32,000 nt of DNA from Phycisphaera mikurensis NBRC 102666 (GTDB taxonomy: Bacteria; Planctomycetota; Phycisphaerae; Phycisphaerales; Phycisphaeraceae), in NCBI RefSeq assembly GCF_000284115.1, contig NC_017080.1, positions 1,350,001 through 1,382,000 on the forward strand, read 5' to 3'. This document shows, piece by piece, positions 24,124 to 32,000 of this stretch (within the stretch, counting starts at the first letter, position 1; each line of letters begins with the position of its first letter). The notes beneath the pieces were generated by a model. It worked only from the letters and a program-made list of their open reading frames with translations. It was not told where the DNA came from and did not search any database. A program made the translations under genes and the position numbers.

Positions 24124-25140
24124 ATGAACAGCTTCGCCCTCGCCGGCAACCCCGGAACCCTCGCCGTCTCGCCCCTCGCGCAGGCCCGCCGCCTCGGCGG
24201 CATCGACTACGTGCAGGACGGCCTCTCCGAGGAAGAAGCGGCCACCGTCCGCGAGATCCTCGGCGAGAAGTACGAGTACATGGACCACCCCGCCTTCGAG
24301 CTCCCCCGCGAGGAAGCCGAGGAGCAGCTTTTCGATGATCCCGAGCCCATCGGCCACGCCGACGTGTCGTGGTACCACCCCGCCATGAGCTGGATCGACG
24401 AGCCCCGGCTCGGCCGGTCCGCGACCAAGACGCTCACCGCCGCCGAGGAGCGGGTGATCTTCGCTCAGTTCAACTACTGCCGCTTCCGGGTCTTCAACCT
24501 GAAGCAGGAGCTCGTCGACCAGACCCACCGCGACCCCGCGCTCGTGCGGGAGATGCTGACCTGGTACGAGAAGGCCGAGGGCTACCGCGAGCAGATCGCG
24601 GGCCTGAACCTCGCTCTCGTGCTGGCGATGGCCAAGCGGATCCGTGGCGCCGACGTCGACTGGGGCGAGATGATCTCCGAGGGCAACATGGCCCTGCTCC
24701 GATCGATCGACAAGTTCGACATCACCCGCGGCTTCAAGTTCTCGACCTACGCCTGCCGCGCGATCCTCAAGGCGTTCAGCCGCCAGGGCATCAAGCACAG
24801 CAAGTACCGGTCCACGTTCCCCACCGACTTCGATCCGAAGTTCGAGCGGTCGAACCATCAGTCGGAGAAGAACGAGGAGCACGAGACCGACTGCGTCGAC
24901 GAGCTGCGGGAGATCATCCGCCGCAACAAGGCCAGCCTCTCCGACGTCGAGCGCGGCGTCATCGAGCGCCGCTTCGCGGTCGGCGACAACGCCCGCATCG
25001 ACGCCAAGGGCGACCCCCGACCGCTGACGCTGGAGCAGGTGGGCAAGATCCTCGGCGTCACCAAGGAGCGTGTCCGTCAGATCCAGACGGAGGCCCTGGA
25101 CAAGATCCGGGACCACTTCGAGGGCGACTTCCTCCGCTGA
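24124..25140 (+). CDS. RNA polymerase sigma-70 family factor (primary-like/group 2)
   Basis: LNLALVLAMAKRIRGADVDWGEMISEGNMALLRSIDKFDITRGFKFSTYACRAILKAFSR and region 4 LTLEQVGKILGVTKERVRQIQTEALDKIR. Confidence 0.94.
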   Translation: MNSFALAGNPGTLAVSPLAQARRLGGIDYVQDGLSEEEAATVREILGEKYEYMDHPAFELPREEAEEQLFDDPEPIGHADVSWYHPAMSWIDEPRLGRSATKTLTAAEERVIFAQFNYCRFRVFNLKQELVDQTHRDPALVREMLTWYEKAEGYREQIAGLNLALVLAMAKRIRGADVDWGEMISEGNMALLRSIDKFDITRGFKFSTYACRAILKAFSRQGIKHSKYRSTFPTDFDPKFERSNHQSEKNEEHETDCVDELREIIRRNKASLSDVERGVIERRFAVGDNARIDAKGDPRPLTLEQVGKILGVTKERVRQIQTEALDKIRDHFEGDFLR

Positions 25141-25236
25141 AAAACTTCCGGGATTTCCCGATCCATCGCCGAACCCGCCCAGGGCCGGCCGCGTAGACCA
25201 CAGCAGACCCGGGCACAACCTCTTCTCCTCCGGCAG

Positions 25237-25269
25237 GCCCCGCGGTTCAACCCGCGGGGCTTGCTTTTT
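25237..25269 (+). terminator. intrinsic terminator downstream of the sigma factor gene
   Basis: GCCCCGCGG-TTCAAC-CCGCGGGGC followed by TTGCTTTTT. Confidence 0.85.
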
Positions 25270-25339
25270 GCGCGCCGCGGCCTCCTCCCGGGAGCGCCGG
25301 CTCGATCGGCACCTGGCGCGCTTCGGAGCGTGGAACCCG

Positions 25340-25385
25340 CCGCGGACCGTGGGCGTTTTCAGCGGTTCGGGGCGACGGTCCGCGG
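25340..25385. repeat. 46-bp palindromic element, perfect arms
   Basis: CCGCGGACCGT-N24-ACGGTCCGCGG. Confidence 0.88.
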
Positions 25386-25442
25386 ATCCGAAGCCGTATC
25401 CTCTCCGCCCGCTTGCACGCCCGCCCCGAAAGGAATCCCGCC

Positions 25443-26684
25443 ATCGCCCGCCTGAACGACCACTTCCTGAAGCTCTCCGCCGGCTACCTGTTCCCCGAGA
25501 TCGGCCGGCGGGTGGGCGCGTTCATCGAGGCGAACCCCGGCGCGGCGGAGCGGATCATCAAGCTGGGCATCGGCGACGTCACCGAGCCGCTGCCCGCGGC
25601 CTGCCGCGAGGCGATGAAGTCGGCGGTGGACGACCTGGGCGAGAAGGCGAGCTTCCGCGGCTACGGACCCGAGCAGGGCTACGGCTTCCTCCGCGAGAAG
25701 ATCGCCGAGCACGACTTCCAGAGCCGCGGCTGCGACGTCTCGGCGGACGAGATCTTCGTCTCCGACGGCAGCAAGTGCGACTGCGCCAACATCCTGGACG
25801 TCCTCGGCTCCGGCAACCGGGTCGCGGTGACCGATCCCGTCTACCCCGTTTACGTGGACACCAACGTGATGGCCGGCAACACCGGGCCGGCGGCGCACGG
25901 CGGCGGCTACGAGGGCATCACGTACCTACCGCTCACCAAGGAGAACGGCTTCGAGGCCGAGATCCCCACCCAGCGGCTCGACGTCGTGTACCTGTGCTTC
26001 CCCAACAACCCCACGGGAGCCGTCGCGAGCCGTAAGCACCTCGCCGCGTGGGTGGCGTACGCCAAGGAGCACGATGCGCTGCTGCTCTTCGACGCCGCCT
26101 ACGAGGCTTTCGTGCAGGACGACGCGCTGCCGCGGAGCATCTACGAGATCCCCGGCGCCGACACCTGCGCCATCGAGTTCCGCAGCTTCTCCAAGAACGC
26201 CGGCTTCACCGGCACCCGCTGCGCCTTCACCGTCTGCCCGCGGGGCGTCATGGCGACGGACGCCGACGGCAGAAAGCACGCCCTGCACGGGCTCTGGAAC
26301 CGCCGGCAGAGCACCAAGTTCAACGGCGTCAGCTACGTCGTGCAGCGGGCCGCCGAGGCGGTGTACTCGCCCGAAGGCCGGGAGCAGTGCCGCGGCCTCG
26401 TCGCCTTCTACATGGAGAACGCCCGGATCCTCCGGGAGAAGCTCTCCGCCGCCGGCATCGCCGTGCACGGCGGCGTCCATGCGCCGTACCTCTGGCTGGA
26501 GACGCCCGGCGATGCTTCCAGCTGGGACTACTTCGACCGGCTGCTCCACGGGGCCCACGTCGTCGGCACCCCCGGCGCCGGCTTCGGCCGGGCCGGCGAA
26601 GGCTACTTCCGCCTCTCCGCCTTCAACAGCCGCGAGAACGTGGAGGAGGCGATCCGCCGCATCGAGACGATGACCGCCGCCTGA
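25443..26684 (+). CDS. dapL: LL-diaminopimelate aminotransferase
   Basis: [23 protein letters not shown]...[11 protein letters not shown]...ISDGSK-like [12 protein letters not shown]...[15 protein letters not shown]...[11 protein letters not shown]...[15 protein letters not shown]. The computed ORF starts at TTG 25413; homology-style start is ATC 25443 after AAAGGAA. Confidence 0.93.
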   Translation: MARLNDHFLKLSAGYLFPEIGRRVGAFIEANPGAAERIIKLGIGDVTEPLPAACREAMKSAVDDLGEKASFRGYGPEQGYGFLREKIAEHDFQSRGCDVSADEIFVSDGSKCDCANILDVLGSGNRVAVTDPVYPVYVDTNVMAGNTGPAAHGGGYEGITYLPLTKENGFEAEIPTQRLDVVYLCFPNNPTGAVASRKHLAAWVAYAKEHDALLLFDAAYEAFVQDDALPRSIYEIPGADTCAIEFRSFSKNAGFTGTRCAFTVCPRGVMATDADGRKHALHGLWNRRQSTKFNGVSYVVQRAAEAVYSPEGREQCRGLVAFYMENARILREKLSAAGIAVHGGVHAPYLWLETPGDASSWDYFDRLLHGAHVVGTPGAGFGRAGEGYFRLSAFNSRENVEEAIRRIETMTAA

Positions 26685-26901
26685 GCGGCGGACGATGACC
26701 CGCCCGGCTCGCGCCCGGTGGGCGGGTGAGCGCCCCGGTCCCGCGGCTCCGAGGCATCCGATTCGGTGCAGGGCCACCCCCGAGCGGGCGTGGCACCCCG
26801 CGAGCGCAGGTTCCCGGCGTTTGATGCGGGAAAACCGCAAACGGCCACAGCCACTCGGCGTGCGCCGTGCATTGGGGCGCGTCGGCCGGCCTCGCGTGCG
26901 A

Positions 26902-27597
26902 TCAGCCCGCCACGCGGGCCCGGCGCCGCCCGAGGCAGGCCAGGCCGGCCGCCGCGAGCAGGCCGGTCGCGGGCTCGGGGATCTCCTGGAGGCTGACCGC
27001 CAGCACCGGTCGGTCGCCGAAGGGGATGGCGCCCGGCCCCGCGATCGACACGTTCGTGTCGCCCTGCCCGCGGAACGCCACGCCGAAGCCGTCGCCCTCG
27101 GCCACCAGCGCCGCCGCCGCCGCGCCGAGGTCCAGCGAGAAGCGGCCCAGTTCGTCGGCCGCCGTGGAAGCGAGAAGGGTCGCGCCCGGGTCGGAGCCGA
27201 GGATGACAAACGGGGAGTCGTCCAGCGAGAAGCCCGACACGTCCACCCCGCTGTTCGGCGTCGAGCCCGTGCCGGTTGAGGTGAAGCTGGTGACGGTGAA
27301 GTCGAGCTCCACGCCCACCACGTCGAAGCGGTCCAGCGGCAGCGTCGACGTGTCGAAGCTCAGCCGCCCCGACCGCTCGGCGAGGTCGGGAAGCACGTCG
27401 AAGCGCCGCACCTGGAACCCCGGCAGGTCCGGCCCGCCGCTGGTGGAGAACAGCCCATTCGCCGCCTCGTCCACCTGCAGGCCCAGGTCGCTCTGGAGGA
27501 TCGCGACGTTCACCTGGGCCGACGCCGCCGCGAGCGGCAGGACACAGGCGAGCGCAGCGACGCGGCAAGAGAAGGCGGTCATGGTTTTCATCTCCAT
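26902..27597 (-). CDS. PEP-CTERM secreted protein
   Basis: Signal peptide; C-terminus SLQEIPEPATGLLAAAGLACLGRRRARVAG. Confidence 0.82.
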   Translation of the reverse strand: MEMKTMTAFSCRVAALACVLPLAAASAQVNVAILQSDLGLQVDEAANGLFSTSGGPDLPGFQVRRFDVLPDLAERSGRLSFDTSTLPLDRFDVVGVELDFTVTSFTSTGTGSTPNSGVDVSGFSLDDSPFVILGSDPGATLLASTAADELGRFSLDLGAAAAALVAEGDGFGVAFRGQGDTNVSIAGPGAIPFGDRPVLAVSLQEIPEPATGLLAAAGLACLGRRRARVAG

Positions 27598-28022
27598 ATG
27601 GGCTAGTCGGTTGCGGCTCGGCGGCCGCATCCGGGCATCATGACGGCGGCACGCCCCGCCGGCAACTTCGCCACCGGCCAACCCCGGTGCCGCTCGCGAC
27701 GGTCGGCCGCTTTGCCCTCGCCTCCTCGACCGCGACCTCCCGACACCCGCGGCCCACCCCGTCCGCGCAGCGTGCCCGGCACGCTCCGCCTGCCGAGCCA
27801 GGCCCCGGACATACGCGATCGCGGCCTGGACTCGCGGACCACCCCGAGCCCCCGCTCCTTCCGCCTTTCCTCCCGGAGTGGCTGCGAGAGCCCAGCGGCG
27901 ACGCCGCTCTGTCCGCTTGTGCGCGAAGGGGTGGGGAGGGGGTCGGGCCGCGTGGCGTCGCCACGCGGCGCGCGCGGCCAGGGGGTGCCCCCGGCGGCTG
28001 CCGAGTCTCTACGATCAGGCGG

Positions 28023-28652
28023 ATGGAGCCCGATCCGGCGTTTTGGGATCGCCGTGCCCCGGGCTACGACGCGAAGCTGCCGGCGAAGGGCGTGAACTAC
28101 GCGGCGCGGCTGCGGCGGGTGGCGGAGGCGGTGCCCGCGGGCGGGCGGCTGCTCGATGCGGGCTGCGCGACCGGGGAGATCACGCTCGACCTGGCGGCGG
28201 GGTGCGGGTCGGTGCTGGGCATCGATTCTTCGGCGGCGATGATCGAGCGGGCGGAGGCGAAGGCGGCGGGGCGGGGCGTGGCCAATGCGTCCTTCCGCGC
28301 GGTGGGTCTGGCCGACCCGACGCTCGACGGGGAGGCGTTCGACGCGGTGACGGCGTACAGCCTCCTGCACCTGGTGGACCCCGCGGCAGCGCTGCGTCGC
28401 GTGCGGGCGCTGCTGCGGCCGGGCGGCGTGGCGGTGACGGAGACGCCGCTGCTGGGCGACTGGGCCTGGGGCTGGCGGGTGCTGATCGCGGCGGCCTCGC
28501 GGACGCCGGCGGCGCCGCCGGTGGCGATGCTCACCCGCGTCGGTCTTGAGGCAGCTTTTGCCGCGGCGGGGCTCGACGTGCAGGAGAGCCGCGTGCACAA
28601 CCCCAGGAGCGGGATGCACTGCATCACGGCGCGGCGGCCCAACGGGGCCTGA
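28023..28652 (+). CDS. class I SAM-dependent methyltransferase
   Basis: GGRLLDAGCATGEITLDLAAGCGSVLGIDSSAAMIERA...FDAVTAYSLLHLVDPAAALRRVRALLRPGG. Confidence 0.88.
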   Translation: MEPDPAFWDRRAPGYDAKLPAKGVNYAARLRRVAEAVPAGGRLLDAGCATGEITLDLAAGCGSVLGIDSSAAMIERAEAKAAGRGVANASFRAVGLADPTLDGEAFDAVTAYSLLHLVDPAAALRRVRALLRPGGVAVTETPLLGDWAWGWRVLIAAASRTPAAPPVAMLTRVGLEAAFAAAGLDVQESRVHNPRSGMHCITARRPNGA

Positions 28653-28724
28653 CGCGGGCGAAGCGGGCACCGCACGCAGCTCCCGCGGAGGCGGTGCCGG
28701 GGTGCGGGGCGTACGATCGGCCCG

Positions 28725-29279
28725 ATGCCAGCGATCACCGACTCGGACACCCTCAACGTCGACCTCCCCGCGCTCGACGCCGCGGAAAACTTCTTCCTGC
28801 CGGAGGTCTTCAAGGGCCTGGGCACGACGATGAAGCACATCCTCGGCTCGGTCGGCGGCTCGTCGCGCTCCGGGAACAAGGCGATGGAGTACCCCGAGCA
28901 GCGGCGGGAGGACCTGCCGGTGCTCGAGGGCGGGCTGCACCGCGGCAACTACCGCGGGGTGCACCGGCTCAACCGCGACGAGGAGGGCCGCGTGAAGTGC
29001 GTCGCCTGCTTCATGTGCGCAACGGCGTGCCCGGCGAATTGCATCCACATCGAGGGCAAGACCGCCCCGTGGGACGATCGCGAGAAGTACCCCGTGAAGT
29101 TCGACATCGACGAGCTTCGGTGCATCTTCTGCGGGATGTGCGAGGAGGCCTGCCCGGTGGACGCGATCGAGTTGACACCGGTCTACGACGTGGTCGGGCT
29201 CACCCGCAACGAGATGGTCTTCGACAAGACGAAGCTGCTGGCGGTGTACGACGAGACGGTGGAAGACAAGCCGATGTAG
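28725..29279 (+). CDS. nuoI: NADH-quinone oxidoreductase subunit I-like 2x[4Fe-4S] ferredoxin
   Basis: Two cysteine clusters CVACFMCATACPANCIHIEG and CIFCGMCEEACPVDAIEL; YRGVHRL N-terminal context. Confidence 0.88.
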   Translation: MPAITDSDTLNVDLPALDAAENFFLPEVFKGLGTTMKHILGSVGGSSRSGNKAMEYPEQRREDLPVLEGGLHRGNYRGVHRLNRDEEGRVKCVACFMCATACPANCIHIEGKTAPWDDREKYPVKFDIDELRCIFCGMCEEACPVDAIELTPVYDVVGLTRNEMVFDKTKLLAVYDETVEDKPM

Positions 29280-29315
29280 GGCGGCGGCAGAGCCGCCCAT
29301 GCCGCTGCGCGGCAG

Positions 29316-29387
29316 GCAAGCGAAGAAGCCAAGAAGAAAGAAAGTCAGCACCGAGGCAGCTCTGCCCCTGCTGACTTCTTCGCTTGC
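29316..29387. repeat. long interrupted hairpin between nuoI-like and flavodoxin genes
   Basis: GCAAGCGAAGAAG (29316-29328) pairs with CTTCTTCGCTTGC (29375-29387). Inner GTCAGCA/TGCTGAC and GGCAG/CTGCC pairings. Confidence 0.65.
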
Positions 29388-29459
29388 TCCATGGCTCCCG
29401 CGTCGCCGATCCGCCGCGATCGCGGCGATGCCGTCCGCCCCGCAGGCGATCTCGCCGCG

Positions 29460-29493
<34 letters not shown>

Positions 29494-29557
29494 TCGCTTG
29501 CTCTCCGCCTAAACTCAGCGTCCGGGACCCCGCACGCACCCAGCCCCCACAGAACCC

Positions 29558-30079
29558 ATGAAAGCCGCACTTCTCTACGGAACCTGCACCGGCAAGACCG
29601 AGGCCGCCGCGGAGCTGATCCGCGATGAGTTCGGCGAAGACTTCTTCGAGACCTACGAAGACATCGCCCAGCTCGAGCCCGGCGACCTCGCGCAGTACGA
29701 CTTCATCGTCTGCGGCGTGCCGACCTGGGACGTCGGCGAGATCCAGTACGACTGGCAGGACGTCTACGACGAGCTCGACAGCGTCGACCTCGCGGGCACG
29801 AAGATCGCCTTCTTCGGCATGGGCGACCAGGGCGGCTACCCCGACACCTTCCAGGACGCCATCGGGCTGGTCTACCTCAAGATGCTCGAGCGCGGCGCGG
29901 AGGGCAAGATCGGCTTCACCGAGACCGACACCTTCGACTTCACCGAGAGCAAGGGCGTCATCGACGGCAAGTTCTGTGGCCTCTGCCTCGACGACGACTG
30001 CCAGCCGGAGCTGACCGAGCAGCGGGTGAAGGACTGGGTCGAGCAGGTCAAGCGAGAGCTTGAGGCCGTGCCGGCCTGA
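29558..30079 (+). CDS. flavodoxin
   Basis: KAALLYGTCTGKTEAAAELI...DFIVCGVPTWDVGEIQYDWQDVY...IAFFGMGDQGGYPDTFQDAIG. Confidence 0.93.
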   Translation: MKAALLYGTCTGKTEAAAELIRDEFGEDFFETYEDIAQLEPGDLAQYDFIVCGVPTWDVGEIQYDWQDVYDELDSVDLAGTKIAFFGMGDQGGYPDTFQDAIGLVYLKMLERGAEGKIGFTETDTFDFTESKGVIDGKFCGLCLDDDCQPELTEQRVKDWVEQVKRELEAVPA

Positions 30080-30322
30080 TCCGGGCGGGAAGCGCCGGCT
30101 GACGGGGGCGGCTGCCCCCGCGTTGAAGCTTTGGGAGCGTCGATCGCACCGCTGGAGCCTGCCCCCGCGGCGGGCTGTCCGTGCGCTCGCCGCTGCCGCT
30201 CCGAGGCGCTGGTTCCGGCGATCACTGGGGGGGAAATCCGCAAAAGGTTGCGAGGGTCGTTCAGTCTGTGCCGAAGAAGGGCGATAGACGGGCGAACCTC
30301 CTTCCCTCCTCCAAGGAACCTC

Positions 30323-30544
30323 ATGCGTCTTCCCCACGACCCGATCCGCGACAACCTCCACGACCTTGTTCGCGGGCTCGACGGCCGCGAGAAAGCGATC
30401 GTCATGCTGTACTACGCGGACGAGCTCCAGCCCGAGGAGGTCAGTGCCGTGATGGAGTTGCCGGTGACGGTGATCACCGCGACGCTGAGGTCGTTCCGCG
30501 CCTCCGCCGCGACCATCCTCGCTCCGCGGCTCCTCGCCGCCTGA
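30323..30544 (+). CDS. stand-alone sigma-70 region 4-like small protein (73 aa)
   Basis: MRLPHDPIRDNLHDLVRGLDGREKAIVMLYYADELQPEEVSAVMELPVTVITATLRSFRASAATILAPRLLAA*; helix-turn-helix resembles sigma region 4. Confidence 0.6.
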   Translation: MRLPHDPIRDNLHDLVRGLDGREKAIVMLYYADELQPEEVSAVMELPVTVITATLRSFRASAATILAPRLLAA

Positions 30545-30597
30545 GCGGGATCGCGTCGCCTCGGTGCGCCGCGTGCTCGGCACGCGGCGCCGGCGGA

Positions 30598-31311
30598 TCA
30601 GCGGGGCGCAAGGCTTCGTCCGCCGACCGCTGCGCTCACGTCCGCCACGCGGCCGGGGCCCACGGCGTACACCCGGTCGCCCGGCCGCGGGCGGATCGGG
30701 TGTACGCCGGTGAAGGCCCCGAAGGCGGGCAGCAGGGCGGTGCTCCCGCGGAACAGGAAGCAGGGCATCCGCATGCGGTCCCGGCCGGTTCTGATCGACA
30801 CCGCCGGGTGCAGGTGCCCGCAGAAGGTCGGCGTCGCTCCGTCGCCGCAGGGCTCCGCGAGGCCGGCCGCGGGCTCGTGCGCGAAGGCGACCCCGCCGTC
30901 CCCGATCGGGCCGTTGACGCACCGGATCCGCAGCGAAGCGGGCGGGTCGCCGGCGTGGCGGTCGTGGTTCCCGCGGACGTTCTCGATCCGCAGCTCCGGC
31001 CAGGCGGCCCGGAAGGCCTCGAGGCGGCCGAGCACGGCGTCGGTCACCCCCTGGCGGTTGTGGAAGAGGTCGCCGAGGACGACCAGCCGCCTCGCCCCGA
31101 CAGCGCGGAGCAGCGCGTCGAGGCGGCCGAGCGTGTCGCCGTCGGCGCCGTCCGGCACCGGGATGCCGGAGGCGCGGAAGTGATCGGACTTGCCGAGGTG
31201 CAGGTCCGTCACCAGCACCGTGGCGTCGCGGACGCGTACCAGCGCCCGCTCGGCACGGACCTCCCAATCGTCGCCGCCGAAGCGGGTGTGCAGCGTCATC
31301 GCGAGGATCAT
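30598..31311 (-). CDS. metallophosphoesterase (PdeM / ligase-associated, SbcD-like)
   Basis: VLVTDLHLGKSDHFR...LVVLGDLFHNR...VRGNHDRHAG...FAHEP...FCGHLHPAVSI. Confidence 0.88.
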   Translation of the reverse strand: MILAMTLHTRFGGDDWEVRAERALVRVRDATVLVTDLHLGKSDHFRASGIPVPDGADGDTLGRLDALLRAVGARRLVVLGDLFHNRQGVTDAVLGRLEAFRAAWPELRIENVRGNHDRHAGDPPASLRIRCVNGPIGDGGVAFAHEPAAGLAEPCGDGATPTFCGHLHPAVSIRTGRDRMRMPCFLFRGSTALLPAFGAFTGVHPIRPRPGDRVYAVGPGRVADVSAAVGGRSLAPR

Positions 31312-31358
31312 GGGGATGGGACTCCTTTCCGAGGGAAGCGGCTCTCCTTCCGTGGAAG

Positions 31359-31404
31359 CCGCGGACCGTGAGCGTTCAGGCGGGAATCAGCCGGCGGTCC
31401 GCGG
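31359..31404. repeat. 46-bp palindromic element overlapping the mqnE 3' end
   Basis: CCGCGGACCGT-N24-GCGGTCCGCGG (10/11). Encodes the C-terminus SADRRLIPA* of the neighbouring gene. Confidence 0.8.
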
Positions 31405-32000
31405 ATCCGCGGAGGCTCGGCTTGCCGGTCGCCCCGTCGCGGACGACCTCGCGGTAGAGCGTGTCCCGCTCGACGGGCGTGTACCCGGCCTCGGCGATGG
31501 TCCGCTCCAGCACCGGCACGCTGACCTCCTGGTGCGTCGGCCTCGCGTCCTCGCTCTGGACCTTGGTGATGTCGTACCAGACGACGGTGCCGTCGATGTC
31601 GTCGGCGCCGAAGTCGAGCATCACCTGGGCCATCGGCAGCGTCTGCATGATCCAGAATGCCTTGAGATGCTCGACGTTGTCGAGCATCAGCCGGGCGACG
31701 GCGATCGTGCGGAGGTTCTCCATCCCGGTCGGCCCCGGCAGGTGCTCCAGCGGGCTGCCGTCGGGGAAGAAGGGCAGCGGGATGAGGCACTGGAAGCGGG
31801 CGGGGAAGCCGCTGTCGATCGCCACGTCCTGCTCGTCGCGGAGCGCGAGCAGGTGATTCAGCCGGTTCTCGCGGCTCTCCAGGTGCCCGTAGAGCATCGT
31901 CGCGTTCGTGAAGAGCCCCAGCTCGTGCGCGACGCGGTGCACGGTCAGCCACTCGTCGCTGCGGATCTTGCCCCGCCACGCCTCGCGGTGCACGCGGTCG
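31376..32000 (-). CDS. mqnE: aminofutalosine synthase (menaquinone/futalosine pathway radical SAM), C-terminal part; 5' end beyond window
   Basis: AHELGLFTNATMLYGHLESRENRLNHLLALRDEQD...FQCLIPLPFFPDGSPL...HLKAFWIMQTLPMAQVMLDFGADDIDGTVVWYDITK. Confidence 0.88.
   Translation of the reverse strand, partial: DRVHREAWRGKIRSDEWLTVHRVAHELGLFTNATMLYGHLESRENRLNHLLALRDEQDVAIDSGFPARFQCLIPLPFFPDGSPLEHLPGPTGMENLRTIAVARLMLDNVEHLKAFWIMQTLPMAQVMLDFGADDIDGTVVWYDITKVQSEDARPTHQEVSVPVLERTIAEAGYTPVERDTLYREVVRDGATGKPSLRGSADRRLIPA

Overview
GC-rich chromosomal window, probably from a planctomycete (Phycisphaerae-like gene content; lineage is inference). Three layers stand out. (1) The left 1.7 kb is an integron-type cassette array with no integrase in view. 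It has three full attC-like sites of 109-110 bp and one truncated site, in the same orientation. Sites 1 and 2 carry R''/R' boxes, L''/L' boxes with two extrahelical bases, and compensatory changes between copies. Cargo includes a C2H2 zinc-finger protein fragment, an inverted FMN reductase and a 2-TM mini-protein. (2) About 3.2-23.2 kb looks like a sulfated-glycan catabolic locus: four S1-type sulfatases with different active-site signatures, a GH2 beta-mannosidase, a frameshifted barrel-type glycoside hydrolase, a DHDPS/NAL-family aldolase, an SSS symporter, LamG, FG-GAP and PEP-CTERM secreted proteins, a pseudopilin and a GntR/FCD regulator. A TRGTATWC motif (best copy TGGTATACCA) precedes most transcription units. 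(3) A fixed-length 46-bp palindromic element (CCGCGGACCGT-N24-ACGGTCCGCGG) occurs about 10 times, both between genes and in or at the ends of coding sequences, where it often encodes the same peptide (SADRG...ATVRG). The right 9 kb is mostly housekeeping: SOD, sigma-70 factor, dapL, methyltransferase, NuoI-like ferredoxin, flavodoxin, PdeM-like phosphoesterase and MqnE. All calls were made by reading the sequence; no database search was run.
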